A stretch of DNA of 64,000 nt from the NCBI GenBank assembly GCA_041663665.1, contig JBAYMG010000001.1, forward strand, positions 129,482 to 193,481, in the 5' to 3' direction. Position numbers and translations under genes: made by a program. Position 1 is the stretch's first letter. Each line of letters starts with the position of its first letter. This DNA comes from Candidatus Omnitrophota bacterium. Its GTDB lineage: Bacteria; Omnitrophota; Gorgyraeia; Gygaellales; Profunditerraquicolaceae. This document shows positions 1 to 11,008 of this stretch, in pieces. The notes below the pieces were generated by a model. That model saw only the letters and a program-made list of their open reading frames with translations, ran no database searches and was not told the origin of the DNA.

Positions 1-1458
1 GTTGAAAAAGTTGCTGAAGCAGACGATAAAATTATGGAAGAATATCTGGCAGGGAAGAGCGTGACTAATGAAGAGTTAAAAAAAGCAATTCGCCGCAGTG
101 TGATTGCCAATAAATTTGTCGCAGTGCTTTGTGGTACAGCTTTTAAGAATAAAGGCGTACAGTTGGTACTTGATGCGGTAAAAGATTATTTGCCTTCTCC
201 GATAGATGTGCCGCCAGTAAAAGGTACTAATCCGGATAGCGGAGAGTTTGAAGAGGTTGCTGCCAACGATGACGCTCCATTTACCGCTTTGTGTTTTAAA
301 GTTGCCACTGATCCCTTTGTTGGTAAGATTTATTTTGTTAGGATGTATTCAGGTGTTTTGACCTCGGGTACTTATATTTATAATGCCTCCAAGAGAGAAA
401 GAGAACGCGTTACTAAAATTGTTAAAATGCACGCTAATCACCAGGAAGTAACTGATAGTATTTCTACAGGTGATATTGCTGCTTTGGTCGGTTTAAAAGA
501 TACTAAAACCGGCGATACATTATGTACAGAAAAAAATCCTATCCTTATCGAAGCTATGCGTTTTCCTGAGCCGGTTATTCAGCAGGCAATTGAGCCTAAG
601 TCTAAAGATGCTCAAGAAAAATTGGGATTAGCAATGCACAAGTTAGAAGATGAGGACCCATCATTTAGGGTCAGCTATAACCAGGAAACAGGGCAAACTC
701 TTATTGCCGGCATGGGGCAGCTGCATTTGGAAATTATTATTGATCGAATTTTACGCGAATTTAATGTCGAAGCTACTGTCGGTGCCCCGCAGGTTGCTTA
801 TCGCGAAACAATTAGAAAAAGTGTTTCCAGTGTTGGAAAATTTATTTCACAGTCCGGAGGCCGTGGACAGTATGGCCATTGTGTTATTGAGATGAGCCCG
901 CAGGAAACTCCCGGAACCGGTATAACTTTTGAAGATAAAATTAGAAGCGGCGCAATTCCCCGTGAATTTATTCCGGCTGTAAAACAGGGAGTAATTGGTG
1001 CTGCTAAAAATGGTGTGTTAGCAGGTTATCCGGTTACTGATGTGAAAGTTATTTTAGTTGATGGATCTTTTCATGATGTTGATTCATCAGAGTTAGCATT
1101 TAAAATGGCCGGATCAATTGCTTTTCAAGATGGAATGAAAAAAGCAAATCCTGTTTTATTAGAACCGATTATGGATATTGAAGTAGTTGTTCCCGAAGAG
1201 TTCATGGGTCAAATCATCGGCGATCTAAGCAGCCGCCGTGCAAAAATAATTGCACTCGGACAGAGATTAAATTTAAGAACCATTAGGGCTAACGTTCCAC
1301 TGTCCGAAGTTTTTAATTATGCAACTATAACAAGATCCTTGACACAAGGCCGTGCATCGTATACAATGGAACCTTCCTTCTACAGTGAAGTTCCTGGTCA
1401 TGTAGCGGAAAAAGTAATTTCGGGTTCATCAAATATAAAAGTAAGAAAAACTTTTTAA
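1..1458 (+). CDS. fusA: Elongation factor G, C-terminal ~485 aa (5' end upstream of window)
   Basis: Frame is open from nt 1 ([15 protein letters not shown]...). EF-G domains II-V are recognisable, e.g. [11 protein letters not shown] and [28 protein letters not shown]. tuf follows 20 nt downstream, as in the str operon. Confidence 0.93.
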   Translation, partial: VEKVAEADDKIMEEYLAGKSVTNEELKKAIRRSVIANKFVAVLCGTAFKNKGVQLVLDAVKDYLPSPIDVPPVKGTNPDSGEFEEVAANDDAPFTALCFKVATDPFVGKIYFVRMYSGVLTSGTYIYNASKRERERVTKIVKMHANHQEVTDSISTGDIAALVGLKDTKTGDTLCTEKNPILIEAMRFPEPVIQQAIEPKSKDAQEKLGLAMHKLEDEDPSFRVSYNQETGQTLIAGMGQLHLEIIIDRILREFNVEATVGAPQVAYRETIRKSVSSVGKFISQSGGRGQYGHCVIEMSPQETPGTGITFEDKIRSGAIPREFIPAVKQGVIGAAKNGVLAGYPVTDVKVILVDGSFHDVDSSELAFKMAGSIAFQDGMKKANPVLLEPIMDIEVVVPEEFMGQIIGDLSSRRAKIIALGQRLNLRTIRANVPLSEVFNYATITRSLTQGRASYTMEPSFYSEVPGHVAEKVISGSSNIKVRKTF

Positions 1459-1478
1459 AAAAAATAGGAGGAAATAAA

Positions 1479-2681
1479 ATGGCTAAAGAAAAATTTTTAA
1501 GAAATAAGCCACACGTAAATATCGGAACTATTGGGCACATTGATCATGGTAAAACAACGCTCACTGCTGCTATTTGCAACGTTCTTTCTTTGCTTGGCCA
1601 AGCAGTTAAAAGAGATTATTCGGATATTGCTAAAGGCGGTACAGTTCGTGACGCGACAAAGACTGTTACTATAGCTGTTGCCCATGTCGAATATGAAACA
1701 CCATCTCGTCACTATGCGCATATTGATTGCCCTGGACACGCAGATTACATTAAGAATATGATTACCGGAGCAGCTCAGATGGATGGAGCAATCCTGGTAG
1801 TTTCCGCGGCTGACGGCCCAATGCCTCAAACTCGTGAACATATTCTTTTGGCTCGCCAGGTTAACGTGCCTTCAATGGTTGTATTTATGAATAAAGTTGA
1901 TTTAGTCGATGATAAAGAACTTTTGGATTTGGTTGAAATGGAAATTAGAGAGTTGTTGACTAAATACGGATATCCGGGAGACAAAACACCGATTATTCGC
2001 GGTTGTGCAAATAAAGCATATAATTGTACCGATGCTAAGGGTGCGGATGCTCAGCCGATTATTGATTTAATGAAGGCAGTTGATGAGTTTATTCCTCTTC
2101 CGCCGAGAGAATTAGATAAGCCTTTACTTATGGCGGTTGAAGATGTTTTCAGTATTGAAGGTAGAGGGACAGTTGCTACCGGAAGAATCGAACGTGGTAA
2201 GGTTAAAGTAGGTGAAGAAGTTGAAATTATTGGTTTAAGGCCGGAACTTAAGAAATCAGTAGTTACCGGAATTGAAATGTTCCGCAAGCTTCTTGATGAA
2301 GGGCAAGCTGGGGATAACGTTGGGCTTTTATTAAGAGGTGTAGAAAAAGATGATATTGAACGCGGGATGGTTATTGCTGCACCTAAATCTATCTTGCCTC
2401 ATACAAAATTTAAGGCTAAGGTCTATATTTTGACCAAAGAAGAAGGCGGCAGACATACCCCATTCTTTAAAGGATATCGTCCGCAGTTTTATTTTCGTAC
2501 CACTGATGTTACTGGTTCAGCTAATCTCCCTGAAGGCGTAGAAATGGTTATGCCCGGGGATAACGTAGAACTGAATGTGGAATTAATTACTCCGGTTGCC
2601 ATCGAGAAGGAGTCACGTTTTGCTATCCGTGAGGGTGGGCATACCGTAGGTGCCGGTGTGGTGACTGAGGTAATTGCATAA
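1479..2681 (+). CDS. tuf: Elongation factor Tu
   Basis: MAKEKF...[22 protein letters not shown] and NKVD GTPase motifs. 400 aa. RBS aGGAGGaaataaaATG. Confidence 0.97.
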   Translation: MAKEKFLRNKPHVNIGTIGHIDHGKTTLTAAICNVLSLLGQAVKRDYSDIAKGGTVRDATKTVTIAVAHVEYETPSRHYAHIDCPGHADYIKNMITGAAQMDGAILVVSAADGPMPQTREHILLARQVNVPSMVVFMNKVDLVDDKELLDLVEMEIRELLTKYGYPGDKTPIIRGCANKAYNCTDAKGADAQPIIDLMKAVDEFIPLPPRELDKPLLMAVEDVFSIEGRGTVATGRIERGKVKVGEEVEIIGLRPELKKSVVTGIEMFRKLLDEGQAGDNVGLLLRGVEKDDIERGMVIAAPKSILPHTKFKAKVYILTKEEGGRHTPFFKGYRPQFYFRTTDVTGSANLPEGVEMVMPGDNVELNVELITPVAIEKESRFAIREGGHTVGAGVVTEVIA

Positions 2682-2683
2682 CA

Positions 2684-2989
2684 ATGAATACGCAAAAGAT
2701 ACGTATTAAATTAAAGGCCTATGATCACCGGCTTTTAGATCAAGCAGTAATAGAGATTGTTGATACCGTTAAACGTACGGGTGCTAAAATTTCTGGTCCC
2801 GTACCGCTTCCCACAAAACGTGAGATTTATACGGTATTGCGTTCTCCGCATGTTGATAAAAAATCACGAGAACAGTTTGATTTATCTACCCATAAACGCC
2901 TTATTGACATCTTTGAGCCCACAGCTAAGACCATCGATTCATTAAGGAAATTAAACCTGCCTGCAGGAGTGGATGTAGAAATCAAGTAA
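2684..2989 (+). CDS. rpsJ: 30S ribosomal protein S10
   Basis: [14 protein letters not shown]...[14 protein letters not shown] signature. First gene of the S10 operon. Confidence 0.96.
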   Translation: MNTQKIRIKLKAYDHRLLDQAVIEIVDTVKRTGAKISGPVPLPTKREIYTVLRSPHVDKKSREQFDLSTHKRLIDIFEPTAKTIDSLRKLNLPAGVDVEIK

Positions 2990-3016
2990 TAAACCAATAA
3001 ACGGGTTAAATAAAAA

Positions 3017-3652
3017 ATGATAGGACTAATTGGCAAAAAAATTGGTATGACTCAAGTGTTTGCGCAAGATAATAGCCAGGTTGGCGTTACGGCTATCGAG
3101 GCTGGTCCATGTCCGGTGCTGATGGTTATGGACAAAAATATCCAGTTGGGTTTTGAGTTAGTCAAAGAAAAAAATATTAAAAAACCTCAATTAGGACTTT
3201 TTAAGAAATTAAATATTGCACCGCGTAAAGTAATCAGAGACCTTTCAAAAGAGGCTAATGTCGAATATAAGATTGGCGACGAGCTTAAGGTTGATCTTTT
3301 TGCTGAAGGAGATTATGTTGATGTCAGCGGTATCTCTATCGGTAAAGGTTTTCAAGGCGGTATGAAACGCTGGCATTGGAAGGGTGGACCGGGTAGCCAT
3401 GGTTCAACTTCTCATCGTCGTGTAGGTTCAATTGGTTCCAGCACTACTCCGGGCCGGGTATTTCGCGGACATCATATGCCAGGGCACATGGGTGCAACTA
3501 AAGCAACAATACAAAATTTAAAAGTTATTAAAGTTGATTTAGAGAAGAATCTTTTGTTGGTCGAAGGCGGAGTCCCAGGATTTAAAAATAGTTATCTAAT
3601 AATTACTAAGGCCTTAAAGAAAAAGGCGAAGACTGCAGTAGGAAAGAAATAA
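3017..3652 (+). CDS. rplC: 50S ribosomal protein L3
   Basis: [13 protein letters not shown]...[11 protein letters not shown] motif. Operon position. Confidence 0.95.
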   Translation: MIGLIGKKIGMTQVFAQDNSQVGVTAIEAGPCPVLMVMDKNIQLGFELVKEKNIKKPQLGLFKKLNIAPRKVIRDLSKEANVEYKIGDELKVDLFAEGDYVDVSGISIGKGFQGGMKRWHWKGGPGSHGSTSHRRVGSIGSSTTPGRVFRGHHMPGHMGATKATIQNLKVIKVDLEKNLLLVEGGVPGFKNSYLIITKALKKKAKTAVGKK

Positions 3653-3653
3653 T

Positions 3654-4298
3654 ATGTTTACATTACCTGTATATGATATTGAAGGCAAAGAGATAGACAC
3701 AGTCAAGCTTAATGCTGCTGTGTTTGACGGCAGCGCCAATACTGATTGTTTGCATCAGGCTATTGAAAATTATCGGGCTAACCAGAGAAAAGGTTTGGCT
3801 GCTACTAAAACCCGCGGTGAAGTTCGCGGTGGTGGTAGGAAGCCTTGGAAGCAAAAAGGTACCGGTAGAGCACGTGTAGGTTCTACCCGTTCTCCGCTTT
3901 GGAGGCACGGTGGAGTTGTTTTTGGCCCACATCCTCGTGATTTTTCTTATGATGTTCCGCAAAAAGTTAAAGCCGGAGCTTTAAAAACCAGCCTTAATCT
4001 GAAATTAAATGAAAATAATTTTATGGTTCTAGATGATTTTAAAATTCAGGAGCCTAAGACTAAGTTAGCAATTGGCGTATTAACCAATCTTAAGTTATTT
4101 TCTACAAAAGAAAAGAAGGAAAAGAAAGTTTTATTTTTGACTCATAAATTAGATCCGCAGCTAAAAAAAGCTTTAAAAAATATTAGTTTTTTAACTGTAG
4201 ATTTAGCCAGTGATTGCCATGCTTATGAAGTAATGAATAACCAAAAATTATTGATTACTAAAGCTGGGCTTGAAAACTTAACATTGAGGTTAAAATAA
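3654..4298 (+). CDS. rplD: 50S ribosomal protein L4
   Basis: ATKTRGEVRGGGRKPWKQKGTGRAR motif. Operon position. Confidence 0.95.
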   Translation: MFTLPVYDIEGKEIDTVKLNAAVFDGSANTDCLHQAIENYRANQRKGLAATKTRGEVRGGGRKPWKQKGTGRARVGSTRSPLWRHGGVVFGPHPRDFSYDVPQKVKAGALKTSLNLKLNENNFMVLDDFKIQEPKTKLAIGVLTNLKLFSTKEKKEKKVLFLTHKLDPQLKKALKNISFLTVDLASDCHAYEVMNNQKLLITKAGLENLTLRLK

Positions 4299-4576
4299 TG
4301 GGTAATTTACCAATTATCATTAAAGCGCTTTTGCAGACAGAAAAATCAAGCGGTTATCTGGGCCAGGGCAAGTATCTTTTTTTGGTAACTAATGCTGCCA
4401 ATAAGATCCAGATTAAAAAAGCAGTTGAGCAATTTTATAAAGTTAAGGTCAAGAACGTTAACACTTTTGTTTCAATGGGAAAATTAAAAAGAGTAAGACA
4501 TCAATTAGGCCACACAGTGAATACTAAAAAAGCTGTGGTAACTTTAGTATCAGGCCAGAAGATAGAGGTAGCTTAA
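4298..4576 (+). CDS. rplW: 50S ribosomal protein L23
   Basis: TEKS...[29 protein letters not shown] overlap with rplD. Confidence 0.93.
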   Translation: MGNLPIIIKALLQTEKSSGYLGQGKYLFLVTNAANKIQIKKAVEQFYKVKVKNVNTFVSMGKLKRVRHQLGHTVNTKKAVVTLVSGQKIEVA

Positions 4577-4577
4577 T

Positions 4578-5414
4578 ATGGGTATTATTAAATTTAAACC
4601 AACTACACCAAGCCGCAGGCATATGAGCGGTCCTGATTTTGCCGAAATTACTAAAGATAAACCGGAACGTTCGTTATTACTTCCGCTTAAAAAAACCGGC
4701 GGGAGAAATGCTTATGGCCGTATTACTACCAGGCACATCGGGGGCGGGCATAAACGTATGCTGCGTATTATTGATTTTAAGCGTGATATCTACGATCAGC
4801 CGGCAAAAGTTTTAGGTATTGAATATGATCCTAACCGTTCAGCTAGAATTGCTTTAGTTGAGTATCCTGATAAGAAAAAACGCTATATTATTGCTCCTTT
4901 AGGTCTTAATGTTGGAGATACAATTGTTTCCAGCAATCAAAAGGATATAGAAATTAAATTTGGTAATTGCCTGCTTATCCGTAATATTCCTTCAGGTACC
5001 TTAATTCATAATATTGAGATATCCAAAGGAAAGGGCGGCCAGATTGTGCGCAGCGCAGGTACTAGTGCACAGATTATGGCTAAAGAAAATGATATGGCGC
5101 ATTTGAGATTACCATCCGGGGAAGTAAGGTTGGTAAGTTTGGATTGCCATGCTACCATTGGTCAAATTGGCAACATTGATCATGATGCAATTATTTTAGG
5201 TAAGGCAGGAAAGAGCAGATGGCTGGGAATTAAACCTTCAGTAAGAGGTTCAGCAATGAATCCTTTTGACCATCCGCACGGTGGTGGTGAAGGAAAGGCC
5301 GGCCAAGGTAATCCTCATCCAGTTACTCCGTGGGGTAAACCGACTAAGGGGTATCGCACTAGAAATCGTAATAAATATTCTAATAAATTTATTGTTAAAA
5401 GAAGGAAGCCATAA
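4578..5414 (+). CDS. rplB: 50S ribosomal protein L2
   Basis: GGGHKRMLR... and [15 protein letters not shown] motifs. Confidence 0.96.
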   Translation: MGIIKFKPTTPSRRHMSGPDFAEITKDKPERSLLLPLKKTGGRNAYGRITTRHIGGGHKRMLRIIDFKRDIYDQPAKVLGIEYDPNRSARIALVEYPDKKKRYIIAPLGLNVGDTIVSSNQKDIEIKFGNCLLIRNIPSGTLIHNIEISKGKGGQIVRSAGTSAQIMAKENDMAHLRLPSGEVRLVSLDCHATIGQIGNIDHDAIILGKAGKSRWLGIKPSVRGSAMNPFDHPHGGGEGKAGQGNPHPVTPWGKPTKGYRTRNRNKYSNKFIVKRRKP

Positions 5415-5416
5415 TT

Positions 5417-5704
5417 ATGCCACGTTCATTGAAAAAAGGTCCATACGTTGAAGAGAGTTTATTAAAGAAGATTCAGAAACAGACAAAAGCCGGGTTGCGC
5501 CAGGCAATTAAAACCTGGAGCCGACGTTCAACGATTATTCCGGATTTTGTAGGTTTAACTTTTGCAGTTTATGATGGTAAAAAACACGTTCCGGTTTTTG
5601 TTACAGAAAACATGGTGGGCCACAAATTAGGAGAATTTGCTCCTTCGAGAATTTTTAGAAAACATGGTGGTATCAAAGCGAAGAAGGCGCTAGAAAAAAC
5701 ATAA
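5417..5704 (+). CDS. rpsS: 30S ribosomal protein S19
   Basis: [11 protein letters not shown]...YDGKKHVPV...[11 protein letters not shown]. Confidence 0.96.
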   Translation: MPRSLKKGPYVEESLLKKIQKQTKAGLRQAIKTWSRRSTIIPDFVGLTFAVYDGKKHVPVFVTENMVGHKLGEFAPSRIFRKHGGIKAKKALEKT

Positions 5705-5705
5705 A

Positions 5706-6044
5706 ATGATTTCAAGAGCTGAAGGAAAATTTTTAAGAATTTCACCTAGCAAGGTGCGGATAGTAGCGGATTTAGTGCGTGGTAAAGACGTAACTGAAGC
5801 GCAAGGCATTCTACTGCATTTAAACAAAAGATCGAAAGAATTTTTGATGAAGATTTTAAAATCTGCGACTGCGAATGCTAAAGTCAAAGGGTTTACGCAA
5901 GATAAATTGTATATCTCAAAAATTGTTTGCGATGTCGGGCCGATGTGGAAAAGATTTAAAGCTGCCGCTTTTGGCAGAGCTGCTTCAATAGTTAAACGTA
6001 CCGTTCATATTAAAATTGAATTAGATTTAAAGCAAGGAGAGTAA
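5706..6044 (+). CDS. rplV: 50S ribosomal protein L22
   Basis: Operon position. RISPSKVRIVADLVRGK motif. Confidence 0.94.
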   Translation: MISRAEGKFLRISPSKVRIVADLVRGKDVTEAQGILLHLNKRSKEFLMKILKSATANAKVKGFTQDKLYISKIVCDVGPMWKRFKAAAFGRAASIVKRTVHIKIELDLKQGE

Positions 6045-6047
6045 TTT

Positions 6048-6761
6048 ATGGGACATAAGGTAAGTCCTTTATTATTAAGGATTGGTTTTATAAGACAGTG
6101 GCATTCGCGTTGGTTTGCTAAGCCTAAAGATTTTGCCGCACTCATTCAACAGGATTTTAAGATCAGAAAATTTATTAAAGCTAAGTTTAAGCAAGCGGCC
6201 ATATCTAAGATTGTTATCGAAAGGCTTGCTGATAAAACTAAAATTCGCATATTTTCTGCCCGGCCCGGGATTATTATCGGCCGGCATGGTTCGGATATTG
6301 AACGCTTGCGCGCAGATTTAAGCGGTTTAGTTAAAAGTGAGCTGGCTATTGACATTCAGGAAGTGACCAAGCCTGCTTGGGATGCTCAACTAGTTGCGGA
6401 AAATATTGCTTTACAGCAAGAGAAAAGAATTGCATTTCGCCGGGCAGTAAAAAGAGCGATGGAGCAGTCAATGCAGTCTGGTGTAAAAGGTATCAGGGTT
6501 AGCTGTTCAGGCCGTCTTAATGGCGCGGAAATGGGCCGTAAAGAAACTTATAAGATCGGAAAAGTTCCTTTGCAAACTTTACGTGCAGATATTGATTACG
6601 GTTTTGCCGAAGCTTTGACTACCTATGGTTTAATTGGAGTTAAGGTTTGGATTTATAAAGGTGATATTTTAGGAAAACAATTTATTCAGGAAGAGATAAA
6701 CGCTTCGCAACAGGCGCAGGCTAAAGAAGCTTTTAAGCCGGCCAATCGCGCGGTAAAATAA
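6048..6761 (+). CDS. rpsC: 30S ribosomal protein S3
   Basis: MGHKVSPLLLRIG...KH domain. Has a C-terminal Q/A-rich tail. Confidence 0.96.
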   Translation: MGHKVSPLLLRIGFIRQWHSRWFAKPKDFAALIQQDFKIRKFIKAKFKQAAISKIVIERLADKTKIRIFSARPGIIIGRHGSDIERLRADLSGLVKSELAIDIQEVTKPAWDAQLVAENIALQQEKRIAFRRAVKRAMEQSMQSGVKGIRVSCSGRLNGAEMGRKETYKIGKVPLQTLRADIDYGFAEALTTYGLIGVKVWIYKGDILGKQFIQEEINASQQAQAKEAFKPANRAVK

Positions 6762-6807
6762 ACACCGGAGCAAAAGGCTTTGTGGTGTTAGTTCATAAGG
6801 AGTAGAA

Positions 6808-7224
6808 ATGGTCTTAATGCCCAAGAGGGTTAAGTATCGTAAATTACAAAAAGGTCAGCGGCGCGGTATTGCAACTACCGGCTCAACCGTTGCTTTTGGT
6901 GAATTTGGTTTAAAATCTTTAGATAATGGTTGGATAAAAAACACTCAAATTGAAGCTGTGCGAGTTATTTTAGCCCGGCAGCTGCATAAGGGTGGAAAAT
7001 TATGGATTAGGATTTTTCCGGATAAGTCGATAACTAAAAAACCAGCAGAAGTTCGTATGGGTAAGGGTAAAGGAGATCTTGATCATTGGGTTGCGGTGGT
7101 AAAACGCGGACGCGTACTTTTTGAATTAGGCGGAGTACCGCAAGAATATGCCCGGGCATGTTTTCGCCTGGCAGCTTTTAAATTACCACTTCGCACAAAA
7201 TTTGTAATCAGGATACATAAATAA
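6808..7224 (+). CDS. rplP: 50S ribosomal protein L16
   Basis: [17 protein letters not shown]...RMGKGKG. Confidence 0.96.
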   Translation: MVLMPKRVKYRKLQKGQRRGIATTGSTVAFGEFGLKSLDNGWIKNTQIEAVRVILARQLHKGGKLWIRIFPDKSITKKPAEVRMGKGKGDLDHWVAVVKRGRVLFELGGVPQEYARACFRLAAFKLPLRTKFVIRIHK

Positions 7225-7225
7225 T

Positions 7226-7417
7226 ATGAAAGCACTGGAATTAAAAGATTTGTCAAAAGAGGAATTATTGGATAAAGTTAAAGTTTTGTATGAAGAATTA
7301 TCAAAGTTAAATATTCAACGGTATACCGGGAACGTAGAGAAACCACATAAGTTTGCCCTGATCAAACAGGACATTGCACGTATCAGGACAATCTTAAACC
7401 AGAAGAAAGATAAATAA
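7226..7417 (+). CDS. rpmC: 50S ribosomal protein L29
   Basis: 63 aa, [12 protein letters not shown]...RTILNQK. Operon position. Confidence 0.92.
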   Translation: MKALELKDLSKEELLDKVKVLYEELSKLNIQRYTGNVEKPHKFALIKQDIARIRTILNQKKDK

Positions 7418-7418
7418 G

Positions 7419-7700
7419 ATGGGTAAGCAGAAAGAATTCAGCGCAGTTGTTGTCAGCGATAAAATGCAAAAGACTGTTGTAGTTAGAACCATGCATTTGT
7501 CTCGGCATACAAAATATGGCAAGACGACTAAGATGCATAATAAATTTAAGGCGCATGATGAAAAAGGTATCGCTAAAGTCGGCGACACTGTTAGTGTCAT
7601 GGAAACTCGTCCTTTATCGAAAGATAAGCGTTTTATAGTTAAAGCAGTGCTTAGAAAGTCCGAGAATACAATTGCAGTTTTGCCAGAGGAGAAAGTTTAA
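7419..7700 (+). CDS. rpsQ: 30S ribosomal protein S17
   Basis: [14 protein letters not shown]...KYGKTTKMH...[14 protein letters not shown]. Confidence 0.94.
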   Translation: MGKQKEFSAVVVSDKMQKTVVVRTMHLSRHTKYGKTTKMHNKFKAHDEKGIAKVGDTVSVMETRPLSKDKRFIVKAVLRKSENTIAVLPEEKV

Positions 7701-8069
7701 ATGCTTCAATTACGTAGTATTTTAGATGTTGCGGATAATACCGGAGCTCGTAAGGCGTCCTTGATTTGTGTAATAAATAAAATGGGAAGCTTTAGGGCTG
7801 AGATCGGGGATGTGGTCAGGGTTAATATTAAAGAATCTATTCCCGGGGCAACAGTAAAAAAAGGGGAAAAAGCTTTGGGAGTGGTTGTTCGCACCAGGCG
7901 TGATATTCATCGGGCTGATGGTTCAATCTTACGTTTCGATCGTAACGCTATAGTGATTATTGACGAAAAAGATAATCCTAGAGGAACACGCGTATTCGGG
8001 CCGGTTGCCCGCGAGTTAAGAGAGAAAAATTTTAATAAGATTATTTCTTTAGCACCTGAGGTAATTTAA
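7701..8069 (+). CDS. rplN: 50S ribosomal protein L14
   Basis: MLQLRSILDVADNTGARK... Confidence 0.96.
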   Translation: MLQLRSILDVADNTGARKASLICVINKMGSFRAEIGDVVRVNIKESIPGATVKKGEKALGVVVRTRRDIHRADGSILRFDRNAIVIIDEKDNPRGTRVFGPVARELREKNFNKIISLAPEVI

Positions 8070-8380
8070 TGCAAAAAATAAAAAAGAACGATATCGTCCA
8101 AATAACTAAAGGTAAGGACAAAGGCAAGCAAGGAAAAGTGATTAGTATTATAGAGGATGGGGATCGAGCTATTATTGAGGGCCTGAATTTATCTAAGAAG
8201 CATAAACGCCAGAGCCGTCAGGATCAAAAAGGCGGGATAATTTCTATCGAGATGCCGGTTAGTATTTCTAATTTAATGATTTTTTGTAAACATTGTTCAA
8301 AGCCCAGCAGGATAGGGATAATGACTTTAAAAGATGGTACAAAATCCAGATTCTGTAAAAGCTGTAAAGAGGTCCTATAA
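8069..8380 (+). CDS. rplX: 50S ribosomal protein L24 with C-terminal CxxC-x20-CxxC extension
   Basis: KOW domain (IVQITKGKDKGKQGKV). C-terminal CKHCSKPSRIGIMTLKDGTKSRFCKSC is a 4-Cys zinc-ribbon-like tail. Confidence 0.92.
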   Translation: MQKIKKNDIVQITKGKDKGKQGKVISIIEDGDRAIIEGLNLSKKHKRQSRQDQKGGIISIEMPVSISNLMIFCKHCSKPSRIGIMTLKDGTKSRFCKSCKEVL

Positions 8381-8381
8381 A

Positions 8382-8939
8382 ATGACACCTAGACTATTAG
8401 AAAAGTATCGTAATGAAATTATGCCTAAGCTGATGGAAGATTTTAAGCTTAAGAATAAAATGGCAGTTCCCAAGGTCGATAAAATTGTAGTGAACATGGG
8501 TATTGGCGAAGGCACTCAGGATGTTAAAGTCTTGGAGAAATCAGTTGATGAATTGGCAAATATAACCGGCCAGAAGCCGATTATCCGCCGAGCAAAAAAA
8601 GCTATAGCTAATTTTAAAGTTAGAGAAGGACAAGCTGTTGGGGCAAAGGTCACCCTAAGGCGTACAATGATGTATGAATTTATGGATCGTTTGCTGAATA
8701 TTGCTTTACCGAGGATTCGTGATTTCCGTGGCGTATCCAGCGATTCTTTTGACCAAGGTTTTAATTATACTCTTGGTTTAAGCGAGCAAATTATTTTTCC
8801 GGAAATTGAGTATGATAAGATTACTCGCACCCAGGGCATGGATATAACTTTTGTAATCAAGAATGCCAAAAATGTGGAACAAGCAAGGAGCCTGTTAAAA
8901 TATTTTGGCATGCCTTTTAAGCATAAGGAAGAAAAATAA
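8382..8939 (+). CDS. rplE: 50S ribosomal protein L5
   Basis: Start chosen at ATG 8382, just after the rplX stop. The track ORF 8334 would overlap rplX by 47 nt. VNMGIGEG...TFVIK motifs. Confidence 0.93.
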   Translation: MTPRLLEKYRNEIMPKLMEDFKLKNKMAVPKVDKIVVNMGIGEGTQDVKVLEKSVDELANITGQKPIIRRAKKAIANFKVREGQAVGAKVTLRRTMMYEFMDRLLNIALPRIRDFRGVSSDSFDQGFNYTLGLSEQIIFPEIEYDKITRTQGMDITFVIKNAKNVEQARSLLKYFGMPFKHKEEK

Positions 8940-8942
8940 AAA

Positions 8943-9128
8943 ATGGCAAAGAATTCACAAATTGCAAGATGGAAAAGAGCACCGAAGTTTTCTACACGTA
9001 AATATAACCGTTGTACTATTTGCGGCCGCAGCGGCGGATATTTGAAAAGATTCCAACTCTGTCGTATTTGTTTTAGAGAGTTGGTTTGGCAGGGACTTAT
9101 TCCCGGCGTAAAAAAAGCCAGCTGGTAA
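8943..9128 (+). CDS. rpsZ: 30S ribosomal protein S14, zinc-binding type Z
   Basis: 61 aa, [20 protein letters not shown] (C4 zinc motif). Confidence 0.94.
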   Translation: MAKNSQIARWKRAPKFSTRKYNRCTICGRSGGYLKRFQLCRICFRELVWQGLIPGVKKASW

Positions 9129-9144
9129 ATATTAGGAGAGTTAA

Positions 9145-9540
9145 ATGTCCAGAACAGATTTAATTGCTGATGTTTTTACAATTATTCGTAATGCTTTAAG
9201 GATTAAAAAAGATGCTGTGGATCTTCCGGCTTCCAGTAATATTAAAGAAATTATGAATATTCTTAAAAAGAATGAATATATTGATAATTTTAAACTGATT
9301 GAAGATAAGAAGCAAGGTGTGGTTAGGGTTTATCTTAAGTATGTTGCTGGAAAATCTGCGATTCGTAATATTAAGCGTATTTCTAAGCCGGGCTTAAGAG
9401 TTTATGTTAAAGGTAATAAAGTTCCGATAGTTTTACGCGGCAGAGGTATCGCCATTATTTCTACCTCTAAGGGCGTAATTACAGATAAAGAAGCAAGGGA
9501 ACAAGGTGTAGGCGGGGAAGTAATTGGTTATGTCTGGTAA
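9145..9540 (+). CDS. rpsH: 30S ribosomal protein S8
   Basis: Operon position. ...GIAIISTSKGVITDKEAREQGVGGEVIGYVW C-terminus. Confidence 0.95.
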   Translation: MSRTDLIADVFTIIRNALRIKKDAVDLPASSNIKEIMNILKKNEYIDNFKLIEDKKQGVVRVYLKYVAGKSAIRNIKRISKPGLRVYVKGNKVPIVLRGRGIAIISTSKGVITDKEAREQGVGGEVIGYVW

Positions 9541-9585
9541 AAAATAGAATTAACTTATTGGTTGAATTTGGAATAAAAGGAAAAA

Positions 9586-10137
9586 ATGTCTAGAATCGGA
9601 AAAAAATTAGTAGTTATACCTAAAGATGTAAAGGTTGAGGTTAGAGATGGGGTAGTTTTTGTTGAAGGCCCAAAAGGAAAACTTAATCGAAAACTATCTG
9701 ACCGGATTAGTTTGGATATTAAAGAAGGGCAGCTTTTAGTTAATCGTGTTGCTGATACCAAAGTAGATAGATCGATGCATGGATTATTCCGCGCCTTGAT
9801 TGTAAATATGATTATCGGAGTAACTGCCGGGTATGTTAAAGAGTTAGAAATTATAGGGGTGGGGTTTAAGGCTGCTGTAGCCGGTAATAAATTAAATATG
9901 GCTTTAGGATTTTCTCATCCGATAAATATAACTATTCCCGAAGGTATTAAAATTGAAACTCCTAAGCCTACACAGCTAATCATTAAAGGTATTGATAAAG
10001 AGTTAATTGGAAAAATCGCTACAGAGATTCGTGCAGTTTATCCTCCAGAGCCTTATAAAGGCAAAGGTATTCGTTTTGTGGGCGAGCATGTAAAGAAAAA
10101 GATAGGAAAGGCGCAAGCAACTGGCGGTGGTAAATAA
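9586..10137 (+). CDS. rplF: 50S ribosomal protein L6
   Basis: MSRIGKKLVVIPKDVKVE...PEPYKGKGIR. Confidence 0.95.
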   Translation: MSRIGKKLVVIPKDVKVEVRDGVVFVEGPKGKLNRKLSDRISLDIKEGQLLVNRVADTKVDRSMHGLFRALIVNMIIGVTAGYVKELEIIGVGFKAAVAGNKLNMALGFSHPINITIPEGIKIETPKPTQLIIKGIDKELIGKIATEIRAVYPPEPYKGKGIRFVGEHVKKKIGKAQATGGGK

Positions 10138-10139
10138 AA

Positions 10140-10499
10140 ATGAGAAAAAAAGAAGAGTTAAGGCTTAAAAGGCATAAAAGAATTAAAACCAAGATGTTTG
10201 GAACCATAGAAAAACCTCGCTTGGTTGTGCATCGATCTTTAAAAAATATTTCTGCACAGGTATTAGATGATACAGTCAGCAAGGTCTTGTTTTCACTTTC
10301 GACTAAAGATAAAGCTTTGAAGTTAAAATTTACTAAAGCAGGAAACTTAAAATCATCGGAAGCTTTTGGCCAGGTATTTGCCCAGGCAGCAAAGGAAAAA
10401 GGGTTTTGTAAAGTAATCTTTGACCGTGCCGGGTATCTTTACCATGGTAGAATTAAAGCTTTTGCAGATGCATTAAGAAAAGGTGGAATGGAGTTTTAA
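10140..10499 (+). CDS. rplR: 50S ribosomal protein L18
   Basis: RLVVHRSLKNISAQVLDD...FDRAGYLYHGRIKAFADALRKGG. Confidence 0.94.
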   Translation: MRKKEELRLKRHKRIKTKMFGTIEKPRLVVHRSLKNISAQVLDDTVSKVLFSLSTKDKALKLKFTKAGNLKSSEAFGQVFAQAAKEKGFCKVIFDRAGYLYHGRIKAFADALRKGGMEF

Positions 10500-10502
10500 A
10501 AT

Positions 10503-10955
10503 ATGCGTGAATTAAACATTGGTCAGCAGTCGGATTTAGTTGAAAAAGTTATTAGTATTAATCGTGTTACCAAGGTAACTAAGGGTGGTAAAAAGCTGCA
10601 CTTTAGTGCCTTAGTAGTTGTCGGTGATACCAAGGGTAGAGTAGGTTTTGCTTTGGATAAAGCCAATGAAGTTGCGGAAGCTATCCGTAAATCTTTAACT
10701 AAAGCCAAAAAAAGCCTATTTAAGGTTCCCCTGGAAGGAGCAACTATTCCTCATGAAATAATTGGTAAATTTGGAGCAGCAAGCGTGTTGCTTAAGCCTG
10801 CTTCAGAAGGAACCGGGGTTATTGCTGCCGGTCCGGTGCGCGCAATTTGTGAAGCTGCCGGTATTCATGATATACTTACTAAGTGCTTAAGGTCAAATAA
10901 TCCGATTAATGTTATTAAGGCCACAATGCAGGGGTTAAAAGAGCTTAAGGCATAA
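10503..10955 (+). CDS. rpsE: 30S ribosomal protein S5
   Basis: [24 protein letters not shown]...[11 protein letters not shown]. Confidence 0.95.
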   Translation: MRELNIGQQSDLVEKVISINRVTKVTKGGKKLHFSALVVVGDTKGRVGFALDKANEVAEAIRKSLTKAKKSLFKVPLEGATIPHEIIGKFGAASVLLKPASEGTGVIAAGPVRAICEAAGIHDILTKCLRSNNPINVIKATMQGLKELKA

Positions 10956-11008
10956 ATAGATCCTCGCTTTTTTAAATAGGAAAAGCCAGCGATGAAAGGA
11001 ATATTTTA

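Noticed and set aside
8334-8381. Longer rplE ORF overlapping rplX by 47 nt
   Set aside because: The ATG at 8382 immediately after the rplX stop gives the canonical L5 N-terminus. The longer form is only frame read-through.
10956-11008. Hidden rpmD (L30) or other small ORF between rpsE and rplO
   Set aside because: The 53-nt gap is too short and contains stops in all frames. Only a small GCTTTT...AAAAGC hairpin is there.
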